From Pelagomonas calceolata (taxonomy: Eukaryota): a stretch of 64,000 nt of DNA. The translations under genes were made by a program, and so were the position numbers. The stretch is taken from positions 1,054,001-1,118,000 of the forward strand of contig CAKKNE010000003.1 in assembly GCA_918797485.1 (NCBI GenBank), read 5' to 3'. This document shows positions 44,313-55,200 of this stretch, piece after piece; positions within the stretch are counted from its first letter, which is position 1; the number at the start of each line of letters is the position of its first letter. The notes under the pieces were generated by a model. It was given only the letters and a program-made list of their open reading frames with translations. It ran no database searches and was not told the DNA's origin.

Positions 44313-46724
44313 TTACGAACCCGCATCGGGCCCCGCGGTGGCCGCGTCGTCGTCCGCGTTCATGTCGAAAACGCAGATGCCGAGCGAGTCCAGACCCCTA
44401 TAAAACGCCGGATCCTCGCTAAGAACCGCCTTCTGAATGGCCTCTTCCCCCATCATGTCGATGACGAGGGCCGTCGCGACGGGTGCGACGCCGCGGAATA
44501 GCTGCCCGACGCCCGAGTAGACGATGGAGACGCTCTCGACGGCCGGACAGTCGGCACAGCCCGCTTCGCGAGCCTTGCGAATCGTCACGGCGCAATTCGA
44601 CGCGAAAAAGCGCGCCGCGTCCCGGACGAAGCGTCGCTTGTGGTCCTCGGGGACGCCGTCCGGCATCTCGAGGGGCTGCGGTTCCATCTCGTTGAGCGGA
44701 CAGCCGGACCAGACAAAGCGCATCGATAGTACGCCGTCCGCCGTCGCCACCTTCGACACTAAGAAGCCATCGAGCGCCCGCTCCAAGATGAGCCGGTCGA
44801 GCCGCTCCGCGAAGGTCGGGAACGGACGGTTCTCGATGCCGTTCGTGCTCCCCGCTATCAGGCGCTTCGTCCAAAACTCTCCCGGATGCGCCACCTCCGC
44901 GACCTCGCGAAGCACGACGGCCGTCAGCGCGATCTCCGCGACCGCGGCCACCGACGCGATCTCCATCGTGAGCTGGAGAATTAATGCCGGCGGTAAATCC
45001 TCTCGCAGCACCTCCGCGCCGACGGGAGTCACGTACGCGCCCATGCGATGGCGCGGCGTCGTCGGGGACCACCACGCGTCGATGGGCCACGACGTCGCTC
45101 CGGGAATTTCCACGACCTCGTGGTCGTCGCCGCCGCCGACGGCTTCTCGATTGTAGTGGAGCAACGAGACGGCTGCCGTGATTTGTTCGTCGCCAGCAGC
45201 CTCCCAATCGATTCGACCGAGCGCCGCGACGCACAGGAAGACGCGCAAGGCGAGCTGGTGCGCCCGCGCGAAGCCCGAGAAGTCCAGCCCCCCGTCATCC
45301 GCCAAACAACACGTATTGCGAAGCCTCACAATATCGCGCAGCGCGGGCGCCAGGCACCATTGCAGAAGTGCCAGTCGCGTCGGGCGCGGGATGCGGTCGA
45401 GGGCCTCCGTGCACTTCTCGTGGGCGTGCGCCGCGGCGACGAGCGCCAGCTCCTTACCCCAGTATTTACCGTCGGCAGCCAATTTTTCGCTCGCGCGCAT
45501 CTTCGCCGCCTGCAGAACCGCGCCGTCCTCCCATCCGAGCCCCACGTCGAGCTCGGCCGCGGCGGCGAGAACCAGCAAATCCTCGGCCCGACCGCCCTCG
45601 AACTTAACGCCCCCGAGCTGATTGTCGGGCCGCAGCAGCGCGTCCCAGACCTCGGCGCGCCGCGCCTCCTTGAAGCGCTCGAAATCTCCCGCGCGGAACA
45701 TCGCGAAGACCTCGTCCAGCACCTCGCGGCGGCCTTCCTCCGTCTCGACGCGCCAATCGGCGACGGTAAATTTGTCGACGCGCCGCGCCGCGCTCCGGAA
45801 CTCGGACTTCTCCGCGAAGCCGCGCGTCGACAGCCCGGCGCTCTCGATCGCCTTGCGAAGCTCGCTGAGCTTCGACGGCTCCTCGTGGGCCCACGGGAGA
45901 CCGAGGTATCCAGTCTGTGTGCAGGTCTCGAAGCGCGGGCGGTTGATGCCGGGCTGGTTGCGGATGACCCCCGACGCCGACGGGTCGCTCCCAAGCGTCG
46001 CGACCGCGAGCGCCAGCTCCTCCGCCCGCGCGAAATGCGACCGCCGCAGCGCCAGCGGCCGGCACGCGCCGCTGAGCGGGACGAGTAGCGGCGCTAATTC
46101 CGATGCGGCACGCCCGCGTTTTCGGCTCGCCGCAGTGATGTCGTCATCCGTGGGTCCGTCAACGTCGCCCGGGACGACGCCGAGCAAATCCGATTGCGTT
46201 GATGCGTACAGCGCCTCGCGCGCTTCCGGCGTCTTCGGCCATTCTTCTCGCGGCATCCGTCCGAGCTTCGAGAAGAAGCGGTACTGCCCCAGCATCGTCT
46301 CAGGTTTGATCACAGTATAGGTGCCGCCCTGCGCCATATGGACGCGCTGGCCCGCCGCGGGGTTGCTTTCGGGGTATGCGTAGGCGGTCGTACCCGCCGC
46401 CATTTCGTTTTGCTTCGGCTTGAGCCAGAGCTCTCGGACCGCGTCGACGACGTAGGCAACGGGCGCGTCCGGCGCCACCATCGCTGCCAGCACCGCGCTG
46501 CCTTCGCGCGCGTCCGGCGCCACGGCCAGCGCCAGGGCGCACACCTCGAGCGGGCCCAGCTGCTTAGTCCGGTAGTACCTCAGCAGCATGTTTTTGCCGA
46601 ACCACGAGATCTCCGCGTTCGCCGGCGTTAAGAATTGGGCGTATCGGTCTACGAACTTCTCCGCCTTGTCCATCTCGTCGCGGGCGTGGGCGCCGAACAT
46701 CTGACCCGATTGAAAGTGTGCCAT
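44313..46724 (-). CDS. Hypothetical protein (~800 aa) with a SAP/HeH-like motif
   Basis: Long ORF from MAHFQSGQ; LSELRKAIESAGLSTRGFAEKSEF. Confidence 0.7.
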   Translation of the reverse strand: MAHFQSGQMFGAHARDEMDKAEKFVDRYAQFLTPANAEISWFGKNMLLRYYRTKQLGPLEVCALALAVAPDAREGSAVLAAMVAPDAPVAYVVDAVRELWLKPKQNEMAAGTTAYAYPESNPAAGQRVHMAQGGTYTVIKPETMLGQYRFFSKLGRMPREEWPKTPEAREALYASTQSDLLGVVPGDVDGPTDDDITAASRKRGRAASELAPLLVPLSGACRPLALRRSHFARAEELALAVATLGSDPSASGVIRNQPGINRPRFETCTQTGYLGLPWAHEEPSKLSELRKAIESAGLSTRGFAEKSEFRSAARRVDKFTVADWRVETEEGRREVLDEVFAMFRAGDFERFKEARRAEVWDALLRPDNQLGGVKFEGGRAEDLLVLAAAAELDVGLGWEDGAVLQAAKMRASEKLAADGKYWGKELALVAAAHAHEKCTEALDRIPRPTRLALLQWCLAPALRDIVRLRNTCCLADDGGLDFSGFARAHQLALRVFLCVAALGRIDWEAAGDEQITAAVSLLHYNREAVGGGDDHEVVEIPGATSWPIDAWWSPTTPRHRMGAYVTPVGAEVLREDLPPALILQLTMEIASVAAVAEIALTAVVLREVAEVAHPGEFWTKRLIAGSTNGIENRPFPTFAERLDRLILERALDGFLVSKVATADGVLSMRFVWSGCPLNEMEPQPLEMPDGVPEDHKRRFVRDAARFFASNCAVTIRKAREAGCADCPAVESVSIVYSGVGQLFRGVAPVATALVIDMMGEEAIQKAVLSEDPAFYRGLDSLGICVFDMNADDDAATAGPDAGS

Positions 46725-46982
46725 TTTTTCTTCCGGGCAGCGGGCAGCGCGTATCCAAGTGTTGACGGTAGGCTTTTTCCGGGCAGCGGCCGCGCGTATC
46801 CAGCCTGCTCTCCGGCTGGCAGTGGCTCTCCGAGGCCTAGGCGTACCGAACTCGCTCCACCGTTCCAGCACAGTTGGAGACCGACTGTCGGCGTGCGTAG
46901 GCGTTGCGCGAGGCAGCGTTCTGTTGCGTGTGTCCAGCGAGGCGTCGGAGAGCTTGGCTCCAAGTGGAGCTTGTGGAGCTTG

Positions 46983-47004
46983 CTAGTGTCTTACAGTACG
47001 CTAG
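46983..47004. promoter_or_regulatory. CTAG-flanked upstream motif
   Basis: CTAGTGTCTTACAGTACGCTAG. Confidence 0.65.
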
Positions 47005-47227
47005 CTCGTTGCAGCGCGGCTTCGTGCTTGCGAGGCGACGGTGGGGCCTCGCGTGGGCTGTGGACTAGCGTCGTAGAGCTGTGGTGGCTGTGGGCCCGCC
47101 TGTGGGAAATTTGAGCAGGCGTGCAGCGGTACACAGCACGCTGTGGGGTGCCAAGCTGCGTGGCGTTTTACAGCTGTGCTCAAAGCTGTCCGGAACCGTG
47201 ACGGGTAGTGCGGCGGCTTGTCGAGCC

Positions 47228-48553
47228 ATGCGCCTTCTTGTGCAATTTCTCGCGGCGGCGGCCGTAGCTCTGCAGGCGCCGCCCGCGCGGCATGTGCGCA
47301 CACGACGCCTCCAAGCGACGCAGCAGCTCGACGTCGGCTGCTGGATGTTATTAGTACCGGAGCTCAACGCGCTGCCCGGGAGGCACGCCTACGACCAGAC
47401 GGAGTTTTTGAATACCGACGAGATCCTGGATCGGGTCGATTCGATTGACGAGGCGGCAGTACTGTCGACCTGTGATAGGTATTGCGTGTTTGTTGCCACG
47501 AAGAAGAACCTGACCGAGGCGCTGCGCGACGTCGAGACCGTCGTGTCGCGCGAGATCGCCGTGCGCGCCGGGCGGACTGGAAGGCAGCTCCTGCTGCCAC
47601 ACGCCGAGGGCGGTCCCCAAGCGATTGCGGCGCCCGAGCTCCCGCAGCAGGCCGTCGCCGGCGCGCTCGACGACACTGCGACGCAGAACATGCTCGCGGA
47701 CGCCTTCGAGCAGGTCCGGGCGCGGCGCGCTGCCGCGGGCGATGTTTTTGCGGCCCAGGTCGCGAATCACGCGGACCACTTCCAGGGCGACGTCGACGCG
47801 TTGGCTGCCGCATTGGTCGAGGAGCCCGAGACCGCGAGGCGGCGCCAAGTCTGCGAGGTCACGACGAAGGCGCGGCCGACGCGCGAAGACACGACGCTCA
47901 CCGCTCAACAGGAAGCGCGACTCGAGGAGCGCGCCCAGAAAAGGGCAGCACGAGAAGAGGCCAAGCTCCTGAAGAAGGCCGAGCTCTTCAAGGAGCTCGG
48001 CTTCGCGAAAGAGAAGGAACAGTGCGAGCGCTTCGCGCTGCGGCTCGGCGCCGGTCTTGAATCCACGATTGTGGGCGACCTGACCATCCCGCGGCAGCTG
48101 CTGGAATTGCGGGACGAGACGCTGAAGAGCGGCGCGACGCCCAGGAGAGGCGCCCTCCTGCCGTTGATCGACGCCGCGCGCGCGGCGGGCCGGAAAACCA
48201 GGGACGAGACCTTAGGTGATTTATCAATAGCGCGCTTCCCGTCGCGCGAGGACACGATGAGCGCGGACGAGGCTTCTGCTGTCTTGGATCACGCGCGGGC
48301 TGTGGTGGACGCGGAGCACGCGCAGCTGCTGGAGAGCCGACTCGAGCGGCGCGCAGCACCAATAATCCGCGCCTTCCGCGCCCGCGCCGACGCGTTGGTG
48401 GCTCGCTCTACGCATCCGAAGGCGCGGCTTGTAATGAGACGGCTGCTGCACGCGCCGACGCTGCGCCTCCGGGGTGACCCAGCCGACGCGGACGCGGTCG
48501 TCGAGGACGCGCTGCGGCGCGTCGAGGTGGCGCTTGACGAGTTGCCGCCATAA
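47228..48553 (+). CDS. Glutamyl-tRNA reductase-like protein lacking the NADPH domain, signal-peptide-bearing
   Basis: EAAVLSTCDR, GLESTIVGD..IPRQ, C-terminal APII...RLLHAPTLRLR. Confidence 0.7.
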   Translation: MRLLVQFLAAAAVALQAPPARHVRTRRLQATQQLDVGCWMLLVPELNALPGRHAYDQTEFLNTDEILDRVDSIDEAAVLSTCDRYCVFVATKKNLTEALRDVETVVSREIAVRAGRTGRQLLLPHAEGGPQAIAAPELPQQAVAGALDDTATQNMLADAFEQVRARRAAAGDVFAAQVANHADHFQGDVDALAAALVEEPETARRRQVCEVTTKARPTREDTTLTAQQEARLEERAQKRAAREEAKLLKKAELFKELGFAKEKEQCERFALRLGAGLESTIVGDLTIPRQLLELRDETLKSGATPRRGALLPLIDAARAAGRKTRDETLGDLSIARFPSREDTMSADEASAVLDHARAVVDAEHAQLLESRLERRAAPIIRAFRARADALVARSTHPKARLVMRRLLHAPTLRLRGDPADADAVVEDALRRVEVALDELPP

Positions 48554-48634
48554 CGTCCTTTGTGTTTTTCTTTTGCTTGTGCCGCGTCGATAGCGTTGGT
48601 GGTGTCGTATACTTCCCCGCGAAGACGCCCCTGG

Positions 48635-48655
48635 CTAGCAGCAGAAAGACACTAG
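48635..48655. promoter_or_regulatory. CTAG-flanked upstream motif (reverse, variant)
   Basis: CTAGCAGCAGAAAGACACTAG. Confidence 0.5.
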
Positions 48656-48853
48656 CAGGCAAGCAAGCGCTGCCGCGGCCGAAAAACGCTGCTTCCCGTG
48701 CGGCGGAGGCTCTCCGGTGGTGCATTGAGCAGTGGTCGTACGCGAGAGCGCTGGAGACAGCTCGCCCAATTCTTCGGCACCGCTGTTTTGCCAGTCTTGA
48801 GCTGCCAGTGTTGTGCCAGACCACACAAATCCATTGCGCAATCGTCAAAGAAA

Positions 48854-49579
48854 ATGACGAAATGCTGCGACGACAAGAATAATGACATCGAATCGGTCAA
48901 CGCCTGGCTGCGCAAGGACGCGCCCGACGAGTCGTCTCGGCCCGACGTGCCGATAGACACGAATCTCCCGGATCCCGCGCTGCTGCCGGAAGCTCCACCT
49001 TTATACAGACGGCTGCCGCGGCTCTGCGCCTGGATTTTCAGGGAACCGCTGGCGGCCCTGGTCCACGCCGTCGCGTGGGCGTGCTGCCTCGTCGCGCTCT
49101 TCGCGTTGCTGCGGCCGATGGTCGCGAAGAGCTGCGCGTTCGGCTACGCGGTGCGGATCGTCCTGAGTTTCCTCACAATCCGATTGCTAGGGACGCTCTT
49201 CGCGCGCTACCTGCTCTACCAGTTCGCGCTCGTCTACGCGTTCCATCGCGAGACGACGCTGCGCGACCTGACTGTGGCGCGGCTCCAGTTCCGGAGTAAC
49301 CGGGGCTCGGCGCTGTTTGGTATTGTTGTGGCCGTCCTCGGATTGTTCCTCCTGCGGGGCATCGCCGCCGACGGCACGGACGCGCTCTGCGGCGCGCCGG
49401 CGGAAACACCATTTAGCGGCGCGGCAACAGGCCTTGACATGGTCCTGTACGCGCTCGTACTCGCCTTGCCGGCGTCGTACTGGGTCCTCTACTCGTACGG
49501 CGCGGACCCCGTCGAGGAGCAAGACATCGCCACGAAGCGGCGCCTCCACCAGTGTTCGCACCAGCACGCGCGGGGCTGA
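48854..49579 (+). CDS. Hypothetical membrane protein (~4 TM)
   Basis: Four hydrophobic segments. Confidence 0.65.
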   Translation: MTKCCDDKNNDIESVNAWLRKDAPDESSRPDVPIDTNLPDPALLPEAPPLYRRLPRLCAWIFREPLAALVHAVAWACCLVALFALLRPMVAKSCAFGYAVRIVLSFLTIRLLGTLFARYLLYQFALVYAFHRETTLRDLTVARLQFRSNRGSALFGIVVAVLGLFLLRGIAADGTDALCGAPAETPFSGAATGLDMVLYALVLALPASYWVLYSYGADPVEEQDIATKRRLHQCSHQHARG

Positions 49580-49655
49580 CATTAGGGGTGGATCCGCCAC
49601 GGAAAACTTGACGCCATGACGCCCCTGCACGGGGCCGACCGTCATAATTTCAATT

Positions 49656-50750
49656 TTACGCCACAACTAACTCATCACCATCGACGGCCTCCTCGGCCTT
49701 CTCCAGCAGCGCCGACAGGAGCGCCGGCATGTGCAGGACCAGCGACGCGGAGTCGTCGTCGGGCCCCGCCCCCAGCGCGCTCAGCAGCGTCGCGCGCGCC
49801 TCGCACCAGCGCTCGAGCCGCGCGAGGCGCCGCGCGTGGTCGCCGCCGACGGCGAGGCCGCGCTCCGCGCAGACCTCGAGCACCTCACGCGGCGAGAGCG
49901 GCGCCGACGCGTTTTGGAACAGGGAGACGTCGCGCGCGAGGGCCTCGTCCTCCTCGCTCATCGCGCGCGCGGCGTCCGCGAGCCGCTCGCGGATCGACGC
50001 CGTCCGTAGAAAATGGAGCGACCACCGCGACGGCGGGTGCGGCCGGATGCACCTCGCTAATCGAATCAGGTGCTTCCGCCGCAGCCGCGATAACTCTAAG
50101 GACGCGCCCGCGCCGAACGCGCCGCCCACATCACCGAGCGCGTCGAGCCCTCCATCACTCCCAGTCTTGCCGTCGCCGCCGGCCGCCGCCGCGAGCGCGT
50201 CCAATAATTTGGCGTGCCTTCTCTTGACGTCGGCGCCGTCCTCCGTCGCGAAGGTGAGTGCTTGATTGTCGGTCCAGAATTCGGGCGTTAATAAAGTTCT
50301 AGGTACCAATGAAGCGATGCCGACGAGCACCAGGCCGAAGGGCGGCGGCAGCGGGTTCGCCAAGATGGGCAGCATGCGCAGCGAGTGCGGGATCGTCTTG
50401 CTCTTGACCCTCCGCTCGTGCCAACTCAAAATCATATTAGTTCCGTTCTTCGCCTCTCTCCTCAAACGCCGCCAGGTCTTGACGTCGCCCCAGAGCTCCT
50501 TGGCGCCGCGAAAGTACGCTTTTATTGATGCCCTCAAGCCCTCGTCGGTTCTGTTGGTGGTCGTCGCGTTCGCCGTCGCCGTCGCGTTGTCGTGCACATC
50601 ATTTAAATCCAAGGCTTCGCCGGTGGCGTTGAGGGCGGAGGCATTGGTCAGGGCTGCAGCTGACCCGCCGCGAAACCGGAGTGGGAGCGGGCGCGCCGCC
50701 GCGACCGCAGCGGTGCACAGCCAGCAGAGGCCGACCCTGATGAGCGGCAT
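49656..50750 (-). CDS. LETM1-like domain protein
   Basis: PRTLLTPEFWT; EDEALAR..LSPREVLEVCAERGL; N-terminal signal peptide. Confidence 0.75.
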   Translation of the reverse strand: MPLIRVGLCWLCTAAVAAARPLPLRFRGGSAAALTNASALNATGEALDLNDVHDNATATANATTTNRTDEGLRASIKAYFRGAKELWGDVKTWRRLRREAKNGTNMILSWHERRVKSKTIPHSLRMLPILANPLPPPFGLVLVGIASLVPRTLLTPEFWTDNQALTFATEDGADVKRRHAKLLDALAAAAGGDGKTGSDGGLDALGDVGGAFGAGASLELSRLRRKHLIRLARCIRPHPPSRWSLHFLRTASIRERLADAARAMSEEDEALARDVSLFQNASAPLSPREVLEVCAERGLAVGGDHARRLARLERWCEARATLLSALGAGPDDDSASLVLHMPALLSALLEKAEEAVDGDELVVA

Positions 50751-51082
50751 TGATGCTCGCGGCGATGGCGTCTTTGTAGAGAGTGGCTGCGCTGTGGACC
50801 AGGATCAAGTAATGACGCACTCAAGGCCCATGTACTGCGCACGCCGCGCAGCAGCAACTATGAGTGCTCTGGCTTTCATTTAATTTTTTAAGCTCGCAAA
50901 ACGGGTTTTTCAACGATGACAGGACAAAGGTAAGCCTCGGCGTACAGTCCCGGAAAGCTAACGCGGCTTGCGACCGATGACGATTGAAGGATGCAAGCTT
51001 GGAAAGTGGAGTGAAAACCTCAGCGGCTGCAGTATTGACCCCCCGCCCGTCCTTTTGTTAAAGCGCGCAAGCTCACAGTACT

Positions 51083-52106
51083 ATGTTCGGCCGCGATGCC
51101 CCAGGTGCAAAACCGTGCTGAAATAGATGCTTTATCCTATTGAAAAAAGCTTCAATTGCTTGCCACAGCAAATTTGCCGCCTCCCTCGCGGCGCGACGCG
51201 CGCGCGTGCGTGCCCACACAACGACTCCTCCGCCGCGCGCAGGCTTCGAGGAGCTCGGCATCGACTGGGGCCCGGCCTCGCCGTTCGGGCCGGACGATGA
51301 TCCGGGCACGCCCATGACGCACCAAGACTCGTCCGAGAGCGACGAACTCCGCCCGGACCTCTTCGCGCCCGGCGCCGCGCCGCTGCCGGCGCCCGAGCCC
51401 GTGGTGACGCCGGCGGCGAACGCGCAGCCCGAGCGGCCGGTCGCGCCGTTCGTCAGAGCGCTCTACTCGTTATTGGAAGGTCCCTACGACGAGACGCTCT
51501 GCGAGTGGCTGTGTGGAAAATCAACCAGTGCGTAGGCGTCGCGTCGATGGCGTGGAGGACAACGTGATGATTCAGCACGAACGCGCCGTAAAATTTTGAT
51601 TTCCACACAGGCGAGTGGTCCGAGAACGGCCGTCGCATCGTCTTCCCGGACCCGGCGCAGTTCGCCGAGACCGTGTGCCCTCAGATATTCCGGCACTCCA
51701 AGTGGACGTCGTTCTCGCGCATGCTCAACATGTACGACTTCCGCAAGGTCTCATCGACGCCGCGCAGCGGAGCCGCGCCTGCGCGGGCCGGCCTCGCGCC
51801 GATGGTGTTCGAACACGACAGCTTCCGCAGTGGTCGGCGTGGAAATCAAATTTCGGGCGCCCCACGCCATCGACGCAACCTAACTAACTGGTTGATTTCC
51901 ACACAGGCCGCGGTGGCCAAGGAGAGCTCTACCTCGTTCAACGCCGCAAGCGCAAGTCGTTCAAGGACACCCAGCGCGACGACGACCGCGAGGCGGAGGT
52001 CGCGAGTCTTCGCTCGCGTATCACGGAGCTCGAGCGTAGACTCTCGCAATTGGAGATGGAGAACGCGCAGCTCCGGTCGCGCGACTACTCGCTCCAGCTC
52101 TCGTGA
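51083..52106 (+). CDS. Heat-shock-factor-type transcription factor, 4 exons (introns 51105-51242, 51501-51610, 51827-51906)
   Basis: Spliced product PFVRALYSLL..LCEWSENGRRIVF..FRHSKWTSFSRMLNMYDFRK..FEHDSFRRG, followed by a leucine zipper. Confidence 0.9.
51501..51610 (+). mobile_element. Young introner element (51509-51610) forming a GC-AG intron
   Basis: Perfect 8-bp TSD GCGAGTGG (51501-08 and 51611-18); TIR CTGTGTGGAAAATCAA / TTGATTTCCACACAG. Confidence 0.97.
51827..51906 (+). mobile_element. Introner element (51835-51906) forming a GC-AG intron
   Basis: TSD GCAGTGGT vs GCCGCGGT (6/8); TIR CGGCGTGGAAATCAA / TTGATTTCCACACAG; core CCACGCCATCGA. Confidence 0.93.
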
Positions 52107-52220
52107 GGGTCCCCGACCCGCGCGACGCCAACGACACGCCCCATATGCTCATATCCCCTGACATCCCTGCCCCCTCCCGGGGCGGCGCCCGCGCTCTTAA
52201 GCACGTCACACAAAACATCA

Positions 52221-55200
52221 TTAAGAACCCCGAAAGTCGAGCTCGTCGTCGTTGCCAGGCGATAGCGTCATCCGCCTCTTCGGCGCCGCGGGCGGCTCGA
52301 CGACGCGATCGCCCCTATTCGGCTCGTTCGGCGACAGGCGCCGCGGCGGTTCCGGCAGACACGCGTCGAAGAGCGCATTTATCTCCTCAAACCGCCGGTC
52401 GTCCGTCGGAAAGCAGTCGAGCGCGTCGCCAACAGCGCCAGGCGCCGCGGCGAGAAGCACCTTGATCAACGCGGCGGCGTTCGCAACGATGGCGCCGTCT
52501 TGAACGCACACTCCACATAATAAATCGAGAGGCGTCTTCCCCTGGGCGTTCCGAGTCGTCGCGGCGTCGGGGTGGCGTTTCAGCAACGCCTCGAGCATGG
52601 GAACGGACGCGACCCCGCTCCCGCACAGCTGGTGCAGCGCGAGGTCGCCGCTCTCCGGCAGCGAGGCCAAGGCGGCGGCCGGGCAGTGGTCTAGCAATAG
52701 CTCGAGACATCTAGCGCGTCGCTTCACGAGCACCTCCTCGCAGGCGGCGTAGAACTCGCCCTTGCGCGGGAGCCATTCGAGCGGCGTGCGGTCGCCCTTG
52801 CCCCGCGTCGTCGCCGCGCGCTCGGCGGCGGGCCCGGCCGCTTCGAGGAGCACGTCCAACAACCTCGCGAGGTTTTGGGACGCACCCCGTTTATGTGCGG
52901 CGCAGACCAGATGGAGACACGTGTCGCCCGCCGCGTTCGCGATCCCCGCCGCCGCCGGGTGGGCGTCGATCAACACGCGCAGCGCGCGCCACGCCGGCGC
53001 GTCCTCGTCCCGGACGCCCAAGACCAGCGCGTGCTTCTGCATGAAGATGTGCAGCGGCGTCCAGCCCGAAGCGTTTTGGACACGAGCGCCTCCGAGACCC
53101 GCGACGCGCGTCAAGAACGCAACGTCCAGGTCTCCGTCGCAGGGCACGTCTCGGCAGGCACTATGTAGTGGCGTGCCGCCGGAGGCGTCAAGCGCCAACG
53201 CCGCTTCTTCCCTACCAAGGAACGGCTCCACATACTCCGCGTCGAGCCGCAGCAGCCGCCCGTGCCGCGAGCACAGCAAATGGAGTGGTGTGCGGTCCTG
53301 CGCGTCCAGAGGGCCCGCGGAGGCCGTCAGGACCGCCCGCAGACAAATAGCGCAGACCTCGGCGAAGCGGACGTCGTCGGCGTCCAGCAAATCCCAGGGC
53401 CGCTTCCCGTTCTCCCGCGCGAACAGCCCCGCCGGGTCGGCGCTCGCGGCGACGAGGCGGCGCAGCAGCTCGCACGCGCGCGGCGCGATCTTCGGCCGCG
53501 ACGCAAGTAGGAGATGCGGCACGCCCACCAAAACACATTCACAACAAAGGAACCGCTCCACGATAGACGTGGAAGGCGCCGGCTTCTGCGCGCGCGCGAG
53601 GACATGTAAAGGAGTGTGCCCGGCCTTGTTCGCAACACTCAATGCACCCGCATAGGCGCCGAGCAGGGCCTCGAGCTCCTCGGGCACGTCGCTCACGTCC
53701 GTCAGGCCCTGGTGCTCGCAGTAGCAGTGCAGCGGCGTGTTGCCCGCGTTATCCTGCACACGAACGTCGCGGTCGTTGAGGACGCGCGTGATGGCCGGCG
53801 CGTGGTGTGCGCAGACCAAATGTAATATAGTTTCCGACGTGTCCGAGGCGGCGAGCTTCTCCGGTTCTTCGACGAGCGCGCCCAAGAGCGCGTGGAAGCA
53901 CCTTTCAAATAACGCGTCGTGGCGCGGCAGGTAGTCCCAGGCGCGCTTCTTGCGGCCGTCGACGGCGCAGGCGGCGCGCGGCGCCGCCTCGGCCAGTTGC
54001 TCGAGGATCGCCGGGACGGTCTCCCCGATCTCGCTGGCACACGACGCGCAGCACTCGTGCGCCGCCGTGCGGCCGTCCTTCGTCGTTAGTGAAGCTGATT
54101 CGGGCGCCACGGCGAGGAGCTTTTCTATTTTGGTGATTGCCGCTTCATCATCATCGGCGATCGCGCAGGCGAGGTGTAGCGGCGTGGCGCCCCGGGCGTC
54201 TTGCGTCATTGATTCGCTTAGCAACCGCTCGAAGAGGTACATCCGACCATCTATATCGTCGCCCTCGCGCGCAGGACAGGCGGAGAAGCGATGCAGCGGC
54301 GTGCGGCCGTCCTTGTCCACGTCTGAAGCCGCACATATCTCAAAGACCTTGGTGAGCGTCTTAACATCAACCGCGCCGCAAGAAGCACAAACATGTAACA
54401 AGGTCCCGCCCCGGCCGTCGACGCACTGCGTGATGGCCCTCTTTACTCTATCGCGATGCCGCAGCTCGTCGTCGACGTCGAGTTTGACGTCGTCGAGGCC
54501 GCTCACCGCATTCTCGACGATAGCCGCAACACACATCGCGTAGTTCTCGTCGTCGGACGGCAGGTGGCTCCAGCAGCGCCGGCCCTTGGCGCACGCGCTG
54601 AGCGCCGCGACGGGCGCGAACGCCGCGAGGAGCCCGAAGGCGCGGTCGGCGTCGTCCGCGATGGTCCTTCTCTGGGCGTAGCACGCTAGATGGAGAGGTG
54701 AGTCGCCGTCCTGCAGCGTGCGCAAGGACGCGGCGCGCGGCGCGGCGCGCAATAGGAGCTTCAGCGCGCGATGATTGAGCTCGAGCTGGTACTGGCAAAA
54801 AATGTGCAAAGCTGTATAGCCCTCCGCATCCGTGATCGAGGCGGCCTCGGGCCACGCCATCACAAGGCGCGCCAACACATTTCGATGCACCTTGCGCTGC
54901 CCGCGACACAAGGCGTGGAGCGGCGTCCGGCCCTCGTTGTTCGTGAGATGGGCCACGTCATCAACGTCACCGACGCCGCCGAACGACCGCCAGCCACCCA
55001 GCAACACACCAACTAATGCATCTAAATCGGCCGCGTCCCCGCGGAACCGGCCACACAACTCGTGGAGGGGCGTATCCCCAAGATCATTCTGGCGCGTCAA
55101 GGCCTCGGGATAGGCGCAGACGACCGCCGCTAGTTGAGCGGGTGAGCACCGCCGCGCGCACGAGCCGCAGACGCGGTGGAGTATCGTCGAGCCCTCTCCA

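Noticed and set aside
49590..49680. Possible decayed introner at the end of the LETM1-like gene
   Set aside because: Only faint similarity (ACGCCATGACGC); no TSD or convincing acceptor
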